Assembly: GCA_026397405.1 (NCBI GenBank)
Contig: JAPLUW010000001.1
Span: 407,064 to 471,063 of the forward strand
Length of the DNA stretch: 64,000 nt
From: Candidatus Adlerbacteria bacterium
Lineage (GTDB): Bacteria > Patescibacteriota > Minisyncoccia > Phycocordibacterales > SBAW01
Reading direction: 5' to 3'
Part shown: one piece after another, positions 56,373 to 64,000 of the stretch
How positions within the stretch are numbered: the stretch's first letter is position 1
Layout of the letters: each line of letters starts with the position of its first letter
Notes under the pieces: model-generated
What the model was told of the DNA's origin: nothing
Seen by the model: the letters and a program-made list of their open reading frames with translations, nothing else
The model's database searches: none
Position numbers and translations under genes: made by a program

Positions 56373-57578
56373 CTATTTAATCTTTGGTCTGCGGAGGAAT
56401 GAAGGCACTGCGCCCCATTCGTCGTCTTCGTCCTCTTCTTTTTTGAGTTTTACTTCAGGTTCGGGAGTTTTTTTAGGCTCTTCCTCTTTTTCTTTTGGGA
56501 CTTCGCGCGGTGTGGGGGCAGGTGCTGGAGTGTTAAAGATTTTGCCAATTGGTGTAACGTCAGCCTCTTTTGTTTCGCGTGCGCCGAAGTTAAACAGTGG
56601 TGTGCCGCGTGGTGTGATGCCTGCCGCAGGGAAGCCAGTTGCTATAACAGTTACGCGGACTTCGCCTTTTTTGAGTTTTTCGTCGCGGATTGCGCCGAAG
56701 ATTATTTTTGCATTTGGGTCGACAGACTCGGTGATTATCTTTGCAGCTTCATGGACTTCGATCATACCCAAGTCGTCTTGGCCTGCAATTGCAAACAATA
56801 CACCCTTTGCACCGTTAATTGAAAGTTCAAGAAGTGGGGAAGATACTGCCGCCTTTGCTGCAATTGCTGCGCGGTTTTCGCCGCTCGCGATACCGATACC
56901 CATCAATGCTGACCCAGCGTTTTCCATTACGGCGCGGATGTCGGCAAAGTCGACGTTAATGATACCTGGGTTGGTAATGAGGTCGGAAATTCCTTCCACT
57001 GCTTGTTTTAAAATGTCATCGCACGCTGCAAATGCTGCTTTAAGCGTTGTGTCTTTTGCAACCGTTGCCAAGATGCGGTCGTTCGGGATTACGATAAGCG
57101 CGTCGACTTCCTTGCGGAGTTCTTCCAACCCTTGGTCGGCAAGGCGGCTGCGCTGTTGACCTTCAAATGAAAATGGTTTTGTAACAACAGCAACGGTAAG
57201 TGCGCCGAGTTCCTTTGCTGTCTTTGCAACAATTGGTGCCGCACCTGTGCCGGTGCCGCCGCCCATACCGCAGGCAATAAACACCATGTCAGAACCTTTA
57301 ATGGCCTGCTGGATTTCTTCTTTAGTTTCTTCGGCTGCACGTTTGCCGATTTCCGGGTTCATCCCGGCACCAAGGCCACGTGTAAGGTTTTTACCAACGT
57401 GGATTTTTTTCTTTGCGAGTGAGTGGTGGAGGTCTTGTGCGTCTGTATTGATGGAGATGAAGTCTACACCGCGTACTTTGCTTTCAACCATGTGGTTGAC
57501 CGCGTTCTTACCCGAGCCTCCAACGCCGACAACTCGGATGCGTGCGAATGCTTCAATTTCTGCTTGTACTTGTGGCAT
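56373..57578 (-). CDS. ftsZ: cell division protein FtsZ
   Basis: Tubulin signature GMGGGTGTGAAP. N-terminal GGSGKNAVN. Confidence 0.97.
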   Translation of the reverse strand: MPQVQAEIEAFARIRVVGVGGSGKNAVNHMVESKVRGVDFISINTDAQDLHHSLAKKKIHVGKNLTRGLGAGMNPEIGKRAAEETKEEIQQAIKGSDMVFIACGMGGGTGTGAAPIVAKTAKELGALTVAVVTKPFSFEGQQRSRLADQGLEELRKEVDALIVIPNDRILATVAKDTTLKAAFAACDDILKQAVEGISDLITNPGIINVDFADIRAVMENAGSALMGIGIASGENRAAIAAKAAVSSPLLELSINGAKGVLFAIAGQDDLGMIEVHEAAKIITESVDPNAKIIFGAIRDEKLKKGEVRVTVIATGFPAAGITPRGTPLFNFGARETKEADVTPIGKIFNTPAPAPTPREVPKEKEEEPKKTPEPEVKLKKEEDEDDEWGAVPSFLRRPKIK

Positions 57579-57670
57579 AGAATACTGGAGTTTTCTGGTA
57601 ATGGGTGCGCGGAAAGTATACCACTTCTAATGTAGAAGCAAACTTTGACAAAAAGACGTTTTGTTTCAGG

Positions 57671-58846
57671 TTACGGAAGGAATTTCTTGAACCAGCGCCA
57701 GAGGTTTTTAACAAGTTCACCCATAGATGGGTCTTCGTGATGTTCCAGGTCGCCACCAGACGTAAAACCCCAAATGGTGAGGCCGTATGCAACTGCCCAC
57801 GAGCCGTCTTTAAGCTGCATCTTTGTTGCAGCGCCTTCGGCGAGTGACGCAGTGCGTGCGGGCAAGCGCAGCGCTGCTTTTGCGAGATCAGATACACTTT
57901 GGATAAGCGAGCCCCCACCGGTCAAAATAATCCCCGCGGGCAGGAGTTCGTCTTTGCCAATTTTTTTCAAATGTGACTCTATGAGTTTAAACATCTCGGA
58001 CACTTTTTTTGCAATGATGTCGTCTATCTTCTTTTTTGGAAATGGGGCACCAAGCACGGCACCTTGTTTTAACTGTTCGGCATCTTCGGGCGAAATGCGC
58101 AGGCCGAGTGCGATTTCGTTGGTAACGTTACCGGCACCTATCGGGAACACTTTTATAGAAATGGGTGTCGTATCTTCAAACACGGCAATGGAAAGAGTTT
58201 CCGAACCGATGTTTGCTAGCACGCAGCCGACACGTTTTTGCATCTTGGTGAGTGCAACAAAACTTGCGGCAATGGGCGAGGCAACAATGTCTTCTACCTC
58301 AATGCCTGCATCTTCGACTGCGGCAACGAGGTCGGTCACATGGCGCTCGAGGCAGGTAATAAACAACGTCTCGACTGCAATACGCATACCTTTCATCCCC
58401 GCGGGTGAGCCACCCATCACTTTGACGCCGTCGACCGCAAACCGCAGGGGAATAGTATGAATTATTTTCCTATTTAAAATTGCACTTGGTGCCAGAGCTT
58501 TTTCGCTTGCGGCAATGGCGCGTGGGATGTCGCGGTCGGTAATTTCCGAGTCGCCACGCTCCACGACTGCCTCGCCGCGGGAAAATGCTTCGTCTAAGCC
58601 GATGCCGCCAATGCCAATGTATGCACGTTTTACTTTAACGTGTGCGGCCTTAGAGGCCTGTGCAACAGCCGCTGCAATAGAGCGCGACACTTCCTGCCCA
58701 GATAGTATGTACCCTTGTTTGAGCCCGCGGCTTTCTGCGTAGCCGGTGCCTAAGATACGTGGGGGCTGGTGTGGGTCGGTACTTTCAGCAATGACCACTT
58801 TGACATGGTAGGTGCCGACATCAATTCCTGTAACGATTTTGCTCAT
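57671..58846 (-). CDS. ftsA: cell division protein FtsA
   Basis: Actin-like ATPase. IVTGIDVGTYHVKVVIAE. SHS2 insert. Start at Met 58846. Confidence 0.92.
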   Translation of the reverse strand: MSKIVTGIDVGTYHVKVVIAESTDPHQPPRILGTGYAESRGLKQGYILSGQEVSRSIAAAVAQASKAAHVKVKRAYIGIGGIGLDEAFSRGEAVVERGDSEITDRDIPRAIAASEKALAPSAILNRKIIHTIPLRFAVDGVKVMGGSPAGMKGMRIAVETLFITCLERHVTDLVAAVEDAGIEVEDIVASPIAASFVALTKMQKRVGCVLANIGSETLSIAVFEDTTPISIKVFPIGAGNVTNEIALGLRISPEDAEQLKQGAVLGAPFPKKKIDDIIAKKVSEMFKLIESHLKKIGKDELLPAGIILTGGGSLIQSVSDLAKAALRLPARTASLAEGAATKMQLKDGSWAVAYGLTIWGFTSGGDLEHHEDPSMGELVKNLWRWFKKFLP

Positions 58847-59162
58847 GTAATGCAAGACCGAATTGTTTTAAAATTCGGCGTTCTTGTTTTTCCATTGTAG
58901 CACCATGTTTGAACCCTTTAATATGAAACAACCCGTGGATAAAGAGGTAGCCGACACTAAACGGATGCGCCGCGCGGCGGCAGATCAAAATCTCGCCAGA
59001 ATTTTTAGAAAGGGGAAATGAAAGGACGTTAGACACTTTGTCGACTTTTTTTGAACGGAGCGTCACGGCGCGCATCTCGCGCATAGACAAAAAAGCATAC
59101 GAGAGGTCGTATGCTTTTCCTAACACTTCGTTTTTGAGCGCCACGTAGGGAACGCGCTTCAT
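58821..59162 (-). CDS. ybeY: endoribonuclease YbeY (rRNA maturation factor)
   Basis: HxxxHxxxxxH zinc motif IHGLFHIKGFKH. 113 aa. Confidence 0.85.
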   Translation of the reverse strand: MKRVPYVALKNEVLGKAYDLSYAFLSMREMRAVTLRSKKVDKVSNVLSFPLSKNSGEILICRRAAHPFSVGYLFIHGLFHIKGFKHGATMEKQERRILKQFGLALHEQNRYRN

Positions 59163-59167
59163 TACGA

Positions 59168-59422
59168 TTATTTACGGCGGAAACCGCGTGGAGCGCGTTC
59201 TTCCATCTTGCCGAGCTTTATAAGCTCTTTAACGTTTTCGCGACGTTTGATTACTTTAAGAGTTTGTTTGCGGCGCACTTCGCGGGACTTGATGCGGGTG
59301 GCATAGCGGCGGCTGCGCATGCGCTGGATAAGCCCCGACCCCTGCACGCGCTTTGAAAAGCGGCGGATAAGGTTTACCGGGGTCTCGTTTTCGTTTTTGG
59401 TGACTTCTGCGTTAATTGCCAT
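59168..59422 (-). CDS. rpsU: 30S ribosomal protein S21
   Basis: 84 aa and highly basic. Motifs NETPVNLIRRFSKRVQ...RRYATR. Confidence 0.85.
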   Translation of the reverse strand: MAINAEVTKNENETPVNLIRRFSKRVQGSGLIQRMRSRRYATRIKSREVRRKQTLKVIKRRENVKELIKLGKMEERAPRGFRRK

Positions 59423-59495
59423 GTGGTCAAAATACTACCACATCCAGGCGTTATGGCGCAAGTGACCTATTTCAACATGATATACTTTTTGTTAT

Positions 59496-59795
59496 ATGGA
59501 CGAGAAAATCGACCGAATAGAAAAAGCGGTTGAGCGGACGGAGAAAAACGTCAGCGACCTAACTGAAATTGTAGTTGCTATTAAAGACTATATGCTTACG
59601 CACATGGCAACAAAAGAAGAATTGACAGAGGAACTTTCCAGCGTAAAAAAAGAATTACGGAAAGACCTTGCCGATGTGCGTGAAGAGCTTGGCGGTAAAA
59701 TTGAAGGAGTTCAGCGTTCGGTTGATGGAAGTTATGAACGCCAAAGTCTGCTCGAAACGCGTGTTTCGAAAGTTGAAACTGAATTGCACGTATAA
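59496..59795 (+). CDS. small coiled-coil protein; paralog of 46935..47207
   Basis: See 46935..47207. Shares the same conserved C-terminal block. Confidence 0.6.
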   Translation: MDEKIDRIEKAVERTEKNVSDLTEIVVAIKDYMLTHMATKEELTEELSSVKKELRKDLADVREELGGKIEGVQRSVDGSYERQSLLETRVSKVETELHV

Positions 59796-59854
59796 AGTAT
59801 AAAGAAAAAAGCCGGCCCGGGTGGGACGGCGTTGAAGATCGTGACCAGCATGAG

Positions 59855-60163
59855 TTAACTGACCTGCGGTTCCTGTTTGGGCTGCTGGGAGCCGTTGATG
59901 AGGTTTGCCATGTCCATCTGGAGCTTCCACTGGTCGATAGTTGGAGCGCGATTGCCGTAGCTTCCCAGAAGATTAGCGATGATATCCTCGAGCACCCCCT
60001 CTTGCTCGAGCGTCAGCTCGGCGTCCCGCCGAGTAAACGCGATAGCGACACCAAGCGGGTTCAAGGTCGTTTTGGTAGCAACGTTGCGTGCAATCAGAAA
60101 ATTGCGAGCATTGGTTCCCATAGCACGTTCCTTTGTTAGTGGGCAATTCGCCCGTGTACTCAC
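59855..60163 (-). CDS. hypothetical protein
   Basis: 102-aa ORF. Real start possibly at internal Met (60121). No recognisable motif. Confidence 0.4.
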   Translation of the reverse strand: MSTRANCPLTKERAMGTNARNFLIARNVATKTTLNPLGVAIAFTRRDAELTLEQEGVLEDIIANLLGSYGNRAPTIDQWKLQMDMANLINGSQQPKQEPQVS

Positions 60164-60329
60164 ATAACCTCACGCAAAATATCTATTTAGCCCGAAGTTG
60201 TCAACTACACCTTAATTGTTTTTAAAAAGCGGGGAAGTGAAATTTGATGTGGATAAAATCCTAGCAGGCATAACCACTACGATATATCGTAGTGGTTTGC
60301 ATTGTGGTTGGAAGAGGAATAATAAGGGG

Positions 60330-60677
60330 TTACAAAAACAATGTGGCGGCGATGCCGAGGGCTCCGAGGCAGAGGCCAATACCAGCGCCCAAGGTTGGTG
60401 TCTGATGAAAGAGTACAAATGCCAAAAACGGTTCAACAATTAAAATTGAACCAACAGAGAGCGCAGTTACAATCCAAATATTTTTAAATTGTGTGTACCC
60501 GAGCATGTAGCCGCCAACAAGAAGCGCTCCGCCTAGAATTACGATAGGAAGCATTACAAAGAAGGTTGAAGCATAGCTACCAACTTCAGCAGCGCGTTTT
60601 GAACCAACCAGTTCCGCACCAATTGAAAGCGTTTCGCCGAGAAATAGTAAAAGCAGTGGAGTAATTTTTTGCAGCAT
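60330..60677 (-). CDS. small 4-TM membrane protein (SMR/EamA-like fold, hypothetical)
   Basis: 115 aa with four hydrophobic helices. Start codon abuts the hisS stop. Confidence 0.55.
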   Translation of the reverse strand: MLQKITPLLLLFLGETLSIGAELVGSKRAAEVGSYASTFFVMLPIVILGGALLVGGYMLGYTQFKNIWIVTALSVGSILIVEPFLAFVLFHQTPTLGAGIGLCLGALGIAATLFL

Positions 60678-61826
60678 TTATACTTTAATAGTTTTTAAAA
60701 AGCGGGGGAGGGCGGAGAGCTGCAAAATTGTTTGTGACGAATTGGTAGACGAGCGGACAATGATAGTGCCGTCCAGGGCCTCGCGTTGGCCCATTATTAA
60801 AAGATGTGAGACACCTTGTGCCTTTGCCGACTCGAGCTGGGTACCGAGGCTCTTTGCGTCGAATGACTGCGAGACAGACACGTTTGCACTGCGGAGCATG
60901 TCGACAACCTGGAGGCCTTCCAGCTTGGCGCGGAGGCCGAGTTGTACAAAGTACACTTTTGGCATTTTTGCCGAAGGGGCTGGGGTAAAGTTGGCGCGCA
61001 CCGTGCCTTTTTTACGGAAGAAGACGCTCGCAGAGACTGCACTGCCGTCTTTTTTACCGGTTAGTTTGCGAACATATTCGTCATAGCGGCCACCCATAGC
61101 CGAAAGCACCGTCGCGTCTTCGCCTACCAGGTCGAGGGCAAAGACAATGCGCGGTTCGCGGTCATCGCCCACCAACAAGTCGTCGAGTTCGTATGGGAAG
61201 CCCAAGCGTTCGACATGTTCGAGCACTTCGCGGAAGTGGCCGCGGCTTTTTTCGGAAAGGAAGTTCATCGCACGGGGGCCGTCGCTCAAAATTTGGCGGC
61301 ATGTCTCGCCGGTGCAGTTGTACAAAGCAAGCGGGTCTTTTGCCAACATCGCACGGCACCCTTCATCTAAATTGTTTGCGTGTTTGCGGACGTAGCCCGA
61401 GAGTTCGCGTTCGAAGCGTGCTTTGGAGTCGCGGTCGCCTAGTGCGTTAACGCGTACGCGCGAAACAGTTGCGCCCCACTCGGTCATAATTGCAAACAAT
61501 GTTTTAAGCAAAATAACTTCGCCTAAACTCTCTGGCGAGCCAACCACTTGAAGCCCAAATTCTCCCGTGTCTTTTGGAATGTAGCTTGCAGGCACGTGCG
61601 AAGGAGTTGGGGTTGCGTAAAAAGCGAGTACGGGGTCGGTTGGTTTTTGTATGACGCATGAGGCGCAGGTTTGTGCAGTTGTCCCGAAGGAATGCACACC
61701 TTTTACGCGGTCAGCACGGGGGATGCCACGTTCGACTTCTTTCATCGGGCGGAAGCCATAGAAAGACGAAACGTCAGCAGCGTGTTTGATAAACAGCTCG
61801 GGCGAAAGTTTTTGAGGTGAACCCAT
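60678..61826 (-). CDS. hisS: histidine--tRNA ligase (short class II HisRS) or HisZ-like paralog
   Basis: Class II core with motif-3 GGRYDE. C-terminal anticodon-binding-like domain (VYFVQLG...HLLIMGQREALDGTIIVR). 382 aa. Confidence 0.75.
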   Translation of the reverse strand: MGSPQKLSPELFIKHAADVSSFYGFRPMKEVERGIPRADRVKGVHSFGTTAQTCASCVIQKPTDPVLAFYATPTPSHVPASYIPKDTGEFGLQVVGSPESLGEVILLKTLFAIMTEWGATVSRVRVNALGDRDSKARFERELSGYVRKHANNLDEGCRAMLAKDPLALYNCTGETCRQILSDGPRAMNFLSEKSRGHFREVLEHVERLGFPYELDDLLVGDDREPRIVFALDLVGEDATVLSAMGGRYDEYVRKLTGKKDGSAVSASVFFRKKGTVRANFTPAPSAKMPKVYFVQLGLRAKLEGLQVVDMLRSANVSVSQSFDAKSLGTQLESAKAQGVSHLLIMGQREALDGTIIVRSSTNSSQTILQLSALPRFLKTIKV

Positions 61827-61829
61827 ATG

Positions 61830-62405
61830 TTATTGAGGTTCTGCTATGCTGCCGGGAAAGATGTTTGCGGTTTGTACGGGGAGCAGGCGTAAAAAGACAC
61901 GACCGACAATATTTTCGCGAGGCACGGTGCCCCAGGAACGTGAGTCGGAGCTTTCCGGCCGATTGTCGCCCATCACAAAGTAGTTGCTGGTGCCAACTGA
62001 GTAGTCTTTGTTGGAGCCGTCGCCTTGGTTAACAACATACGACTCGTCTAGCTGCACTGTACTGCCGTCAACTTTAGAAACAGATACTGTGCCGTTTAAC
62101 ACATGCACAGTTTCACCCGGCAAACCAATGATGCGTTTGATAAAAAATTGTGTTGGGTCTTTAGGATAGCGGAAAACAATAACGTCGCCGCGCTTTGGTT
62201 GTTCAAAATGGTACGTTGCTTCGTCGATTATTAAATATTGCGCGTCTTCGAACGTGGGGACCATCGATGCACCAGAGACAATGAAAGGTTGTGCAACAAA
62301 AAGGCGTATTGGTAGAACGATGACGAGGGCAACGAGTGCGAACTTGAGGAGTTCTGTGAAAAAATTCTCACTTTTTTCCTCTGGCATGGAGATATTGTAG
62401 TTCAC
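61830..62405 (-). CDS. lepB: signal peptidase I
   Basis: N-terminal TM. Catalytic Ser in SGASMVPTF. Box E GDNRPESSDSRSWG. Confidence 0.92.
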   Translation of the reverse strand: MNYNISMPEEKSENFFTELLKFALVALVIVLPIRLFVAQPFIVSGASMVPTFEDAQYLIIDEATYHFEQPKRGDVIVFRYPKDPTQFFIKRIIGLPGETVHVLNGTVSVSKVDGSTVQLDESYVVNQGDGSNKDYSVGTSNYFVMGDNRPESSDSRSWGTVPRENIVGRVFLRLLPVQTANIFPGSIAEPQ

Positions 62406-62568
62406 TCTTTGGAAGATGCAAGTTTTTTGTATAGCTTGAATAGTAAGCTCTCAGGAGTACGCAATTTTTCTGCTAAAAAATTGCTCAGTTCTCGCACCGT
62501 CGTGCTCAAAAGCCTCCTTTAAGCTTCTATTCTTCGCTTTTTTCCTTTGTGTTATGCTTTGCCTCATG

Positions 62569-63153
62569 AATTGGATAATCGCAGGCCTTGGCAACCCTGG
62601 AAAAGAGTACGACGGCACGCGCCACAACGTCGGCCGTGAGTTTTTGCAGCAGATAGAGAAGTCCGCCGGAGGCGGATCCGCCTCCGGCGGAAAGGAAATA
62701 AGAAAAGTTGAGTTGTTTGGTAAAAAAGTCACTGTAGTGACGCCTGACACCTACATGAACAACTCCGGGTTGGCGTTTAAAAAGCTTGTGACATCTAAAA
62801 AACAGGCCGAACAGTTCGTTGTCTTGCAAGACGAACTAGACTTGCCGCTGGGTAAAGTAAAACTTTCGTTCGGGTCGTCGTCTGGCGGACACAACGGCAT
62901 TAATTCAATCCATACAGCTCTTAAAACCAAAGACTTTGTGCGTATCCGTATTGGTATTTCGCCCGCAACCCCTTCGGGTAAATTAAAAAAACCGACAGGC
63001 GAAGAAAAGGTAGTCGACTTTGTGCTCGGCAAATTTAAAGCAACTGAGCAAGACAAATTAAAAAAAGCAAAAAAGCTTGTCCGCGACGCACTCGAACTCC
63101 TCGTGACCGAAGGTCGCGAAAAAGCAACGATGGAAATCCATTCGCGCAATTAA
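62569..63153 (+). CDS. pth: peptidyl-tRNA hydrolase, with a 10-aa Gly/Ser loop encoded by a perfect 30-nt palindrome
   Basis: MNWIIAGLGNPGKEYDGTRHNVG. D..D..LP.G. Catalytic His and Asp positions conserved. Palindrome at 62662..62691. Confidence 0.9.
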   Translation, partial: NWIIAGLGNPGKEYDGTRHNVGREFLQQIEKSAGGGSASGGKEIRKVELFGKKVTVVTPDTYMNNSGLAFKKLVTSKKQAEQFVVLQDELDLPLGKVKLSFGSSSGGHNGINSIHTALKTKDFVRIRIGISPATPSGKLKKPTGEEKVVDFVLGKFKATEQDKLKKAKKLVRDALELLVTEGREKATMEIHSRN

Positions 63154-63155
63154 GC

Positions 63156-63572
63156 ATGGAGCGGAAAATTGATATCCATAAAGCATCGGGAGTTTTGATT
63201 CAAGGCCGGAAGTTTTTAATTGTGCGCCAAATAGGAAAGAAGTTTTTTGTAGCACCGGGCGGCAGGGTAGAAGTAGGCGAAATTGTAATAGATGCGTTGA
63301 AGCGTGAACTAAAAGAAGAGCTCACGATAGATGTTGATATCTCCGATTTAGAAGAGTTCGGAACATTTTATGCCCCGGCAATTGGCGAAGAAAATAAATA
63401 CCTCCAGTCGGATGTCTTTTTGGTCACCAAATGGAGTGGAACTATTGCTCCTGCAAGCGAAATTGAAGAAATAATGTGGGTTAATTCTGTTTTGCCTCCC
63501 GACATTGAACTCGGTTCAATATTTCATCACGACGTGTTACCAAAATTGAAAGAGTTAGGTCTTATTGATTAA
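63156..63572 (+). CDS. NUDIX hydrolase
   Basis: Nudix box GGRVEVGEIVIDALKRELKEELTI. Confidence 0.88.
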   Translation: MERKIDIHKASGVLIQGRKFLIVRQIGKKFFVAPGGRVEVGEIVIDALKRELKEELTIDVDISDLEEFGTFYAPAIGEENKYLQSDVFLVTKWSGTIAPASEIEEIMWVNSVLPPDIELGSIFHHDVLPKLKELGLID

Positions 63573-63623
63573 CAAAAAAACTCTCCAGTCTGGAGAGTTT
63601 TTTTAATTTTTATTTCTTGGAAA

Positions 63624-64000
63624 TTACTTTTTATCGCCACCAAAAGCCAAAGCCATGCGCATTTCTTTTGGATCAAACAAAGAGATGGTGAATGGGTAGC
63701 GTTTGCCAAGTTCGAGTGCTTGGCGGAGTTTTTCTTCCGAGCCAAACTCCGACACGTGCACCAAGCCTGCGATACCTTCTTCAATACTTGCAAGTGCCCC
63801 GTGCTTGTTGAACTTAATGACAACACCTTCGACTTTGTCGCCTTTGTTGTATTTACCCACAGCGTCTGTCCATGGGTTGCTCTTAAGTGCTTTGACTGAA
63901 AGCGAAACTTTGCCGTCTTTGATGTCGATAATTTTAACTTTTACCTTGTCACCAACTTTAAAGAAGTGGCGTGGGTCGTCCACCAATCCCCAGTCAATTT
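63624..64000 (-). CDS. S1 RNA-binding domain protein, C-terminal part (possibly ribosomal protein S1; N-terminus beyond window end)
   Basis: Two S1-like OB segments (VGDKVKVKIIDI...VSLS and KGDKVEGVVIKF...LVHVSE). The ORF is open to the window end. Confidence 0.7.
   Translation of the reverse strand, partial: IDWGLVDDPRHFFKVGDKVKVKIIDIKDGKVSLSVKALKSNPWTDAVGKYNKGDKVEGVVIKFNKHGALASIEEGIAGLVHVSEFGSEEKLRQALELGKRYPFTISLFDPKEMRMALAFGGDKK

Noticed and set aside
60212-60439. ORF 60212..60439(-), 75 aa
   Set aside because: It overlaps the 4-TM protein gene by 110 nt in another frame. Its only notable property is that its 3' end contains the repeated 24-mer.

Overview
This 64-kb window carries about 75 genes on both strands and appears to come from a small-genome bacterium; the long Thr/Ala-rich surface proteins, a sortase, RRM and cold-shock proteins and a reduced RNase P RNA suggest a Patescibacteria/CPR-like organism, but that is an inference. 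Roughly 50 kb is a core region, split by an 11.5-kb mobile element (described below).

- **Core genes.** Visible from motifs: a heterodimeric ABC exporter pair, a DEAD-box helicase, LexA and a cold-shock protein, MsrB, a ZIP transporter, RNase J, SecG, GroES/GroEL, MurJ, LepA, ValRS, TsaD, TsaC, TrxB, FtsZ, FtsA, YbeY, S21, HisRS, LepB, Pth, and a partial S1-domain protein at the window end.
- **RNA genes.** Eight tRNAs were found by hand-folding the sequence. An RNase P RNA (P4 motifs GGAAAGTCCG and ACAGAATTCGGCTTA) lies in a stretch where the six-frame track shows only spurious ORFs. No rRNA or CRISPR array was seen.
- **Mobile element (23977..35431).** It sits directly after two tandem tRNA-Ser genes and begins inside the 3' end of the second one. 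It consists of a large serine recombinase flanked by 120-nt near-perfect inverted repeats, joined to a roughly 9.5-kb AT-rich cargo segment flanked by a second, different pair of about 215-nt inverted repeats. All four repeat copies contain a dyad-symmetric CGC-GGA-GCG-type site. The central trinucleotide polarities make the recombinase gene and the cargo each invertible and the whole element potentially excisable.
- **Cargo.** It encodes an XRE regulator, a Fic-domain protein, two FAD oxidoreductases with a pterin carbinolamine dehydratase, fasciclin and SOUL-type proteins, and several DUF membrane proteins.
- **Other notable items.**
  - Candidate LexA-operator palindromes overlap the lexA start.
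  - A sortase sits next to an LPNTG substrate.
  - One 819-aa ORF fuses a membrane spermidine-synthase-like domain to an M28/glutaminyl-cyclase-like domain.
  - A standalone DnaA-domain-IV protein follows a palindromic operator.
  - Two perfect GC-rich palindromes lie inside coding regions, in pth and in the DUF45 gene.
  - A Ser-type tRNA has the apparent anticodon ACU.
  - Two small coiled-coil proteins are paralogs of each other.
  - RNA-handling proteins (DEAD-box helicase, RNase J) and GroES carry basic low-complexity N-terminal extensions.
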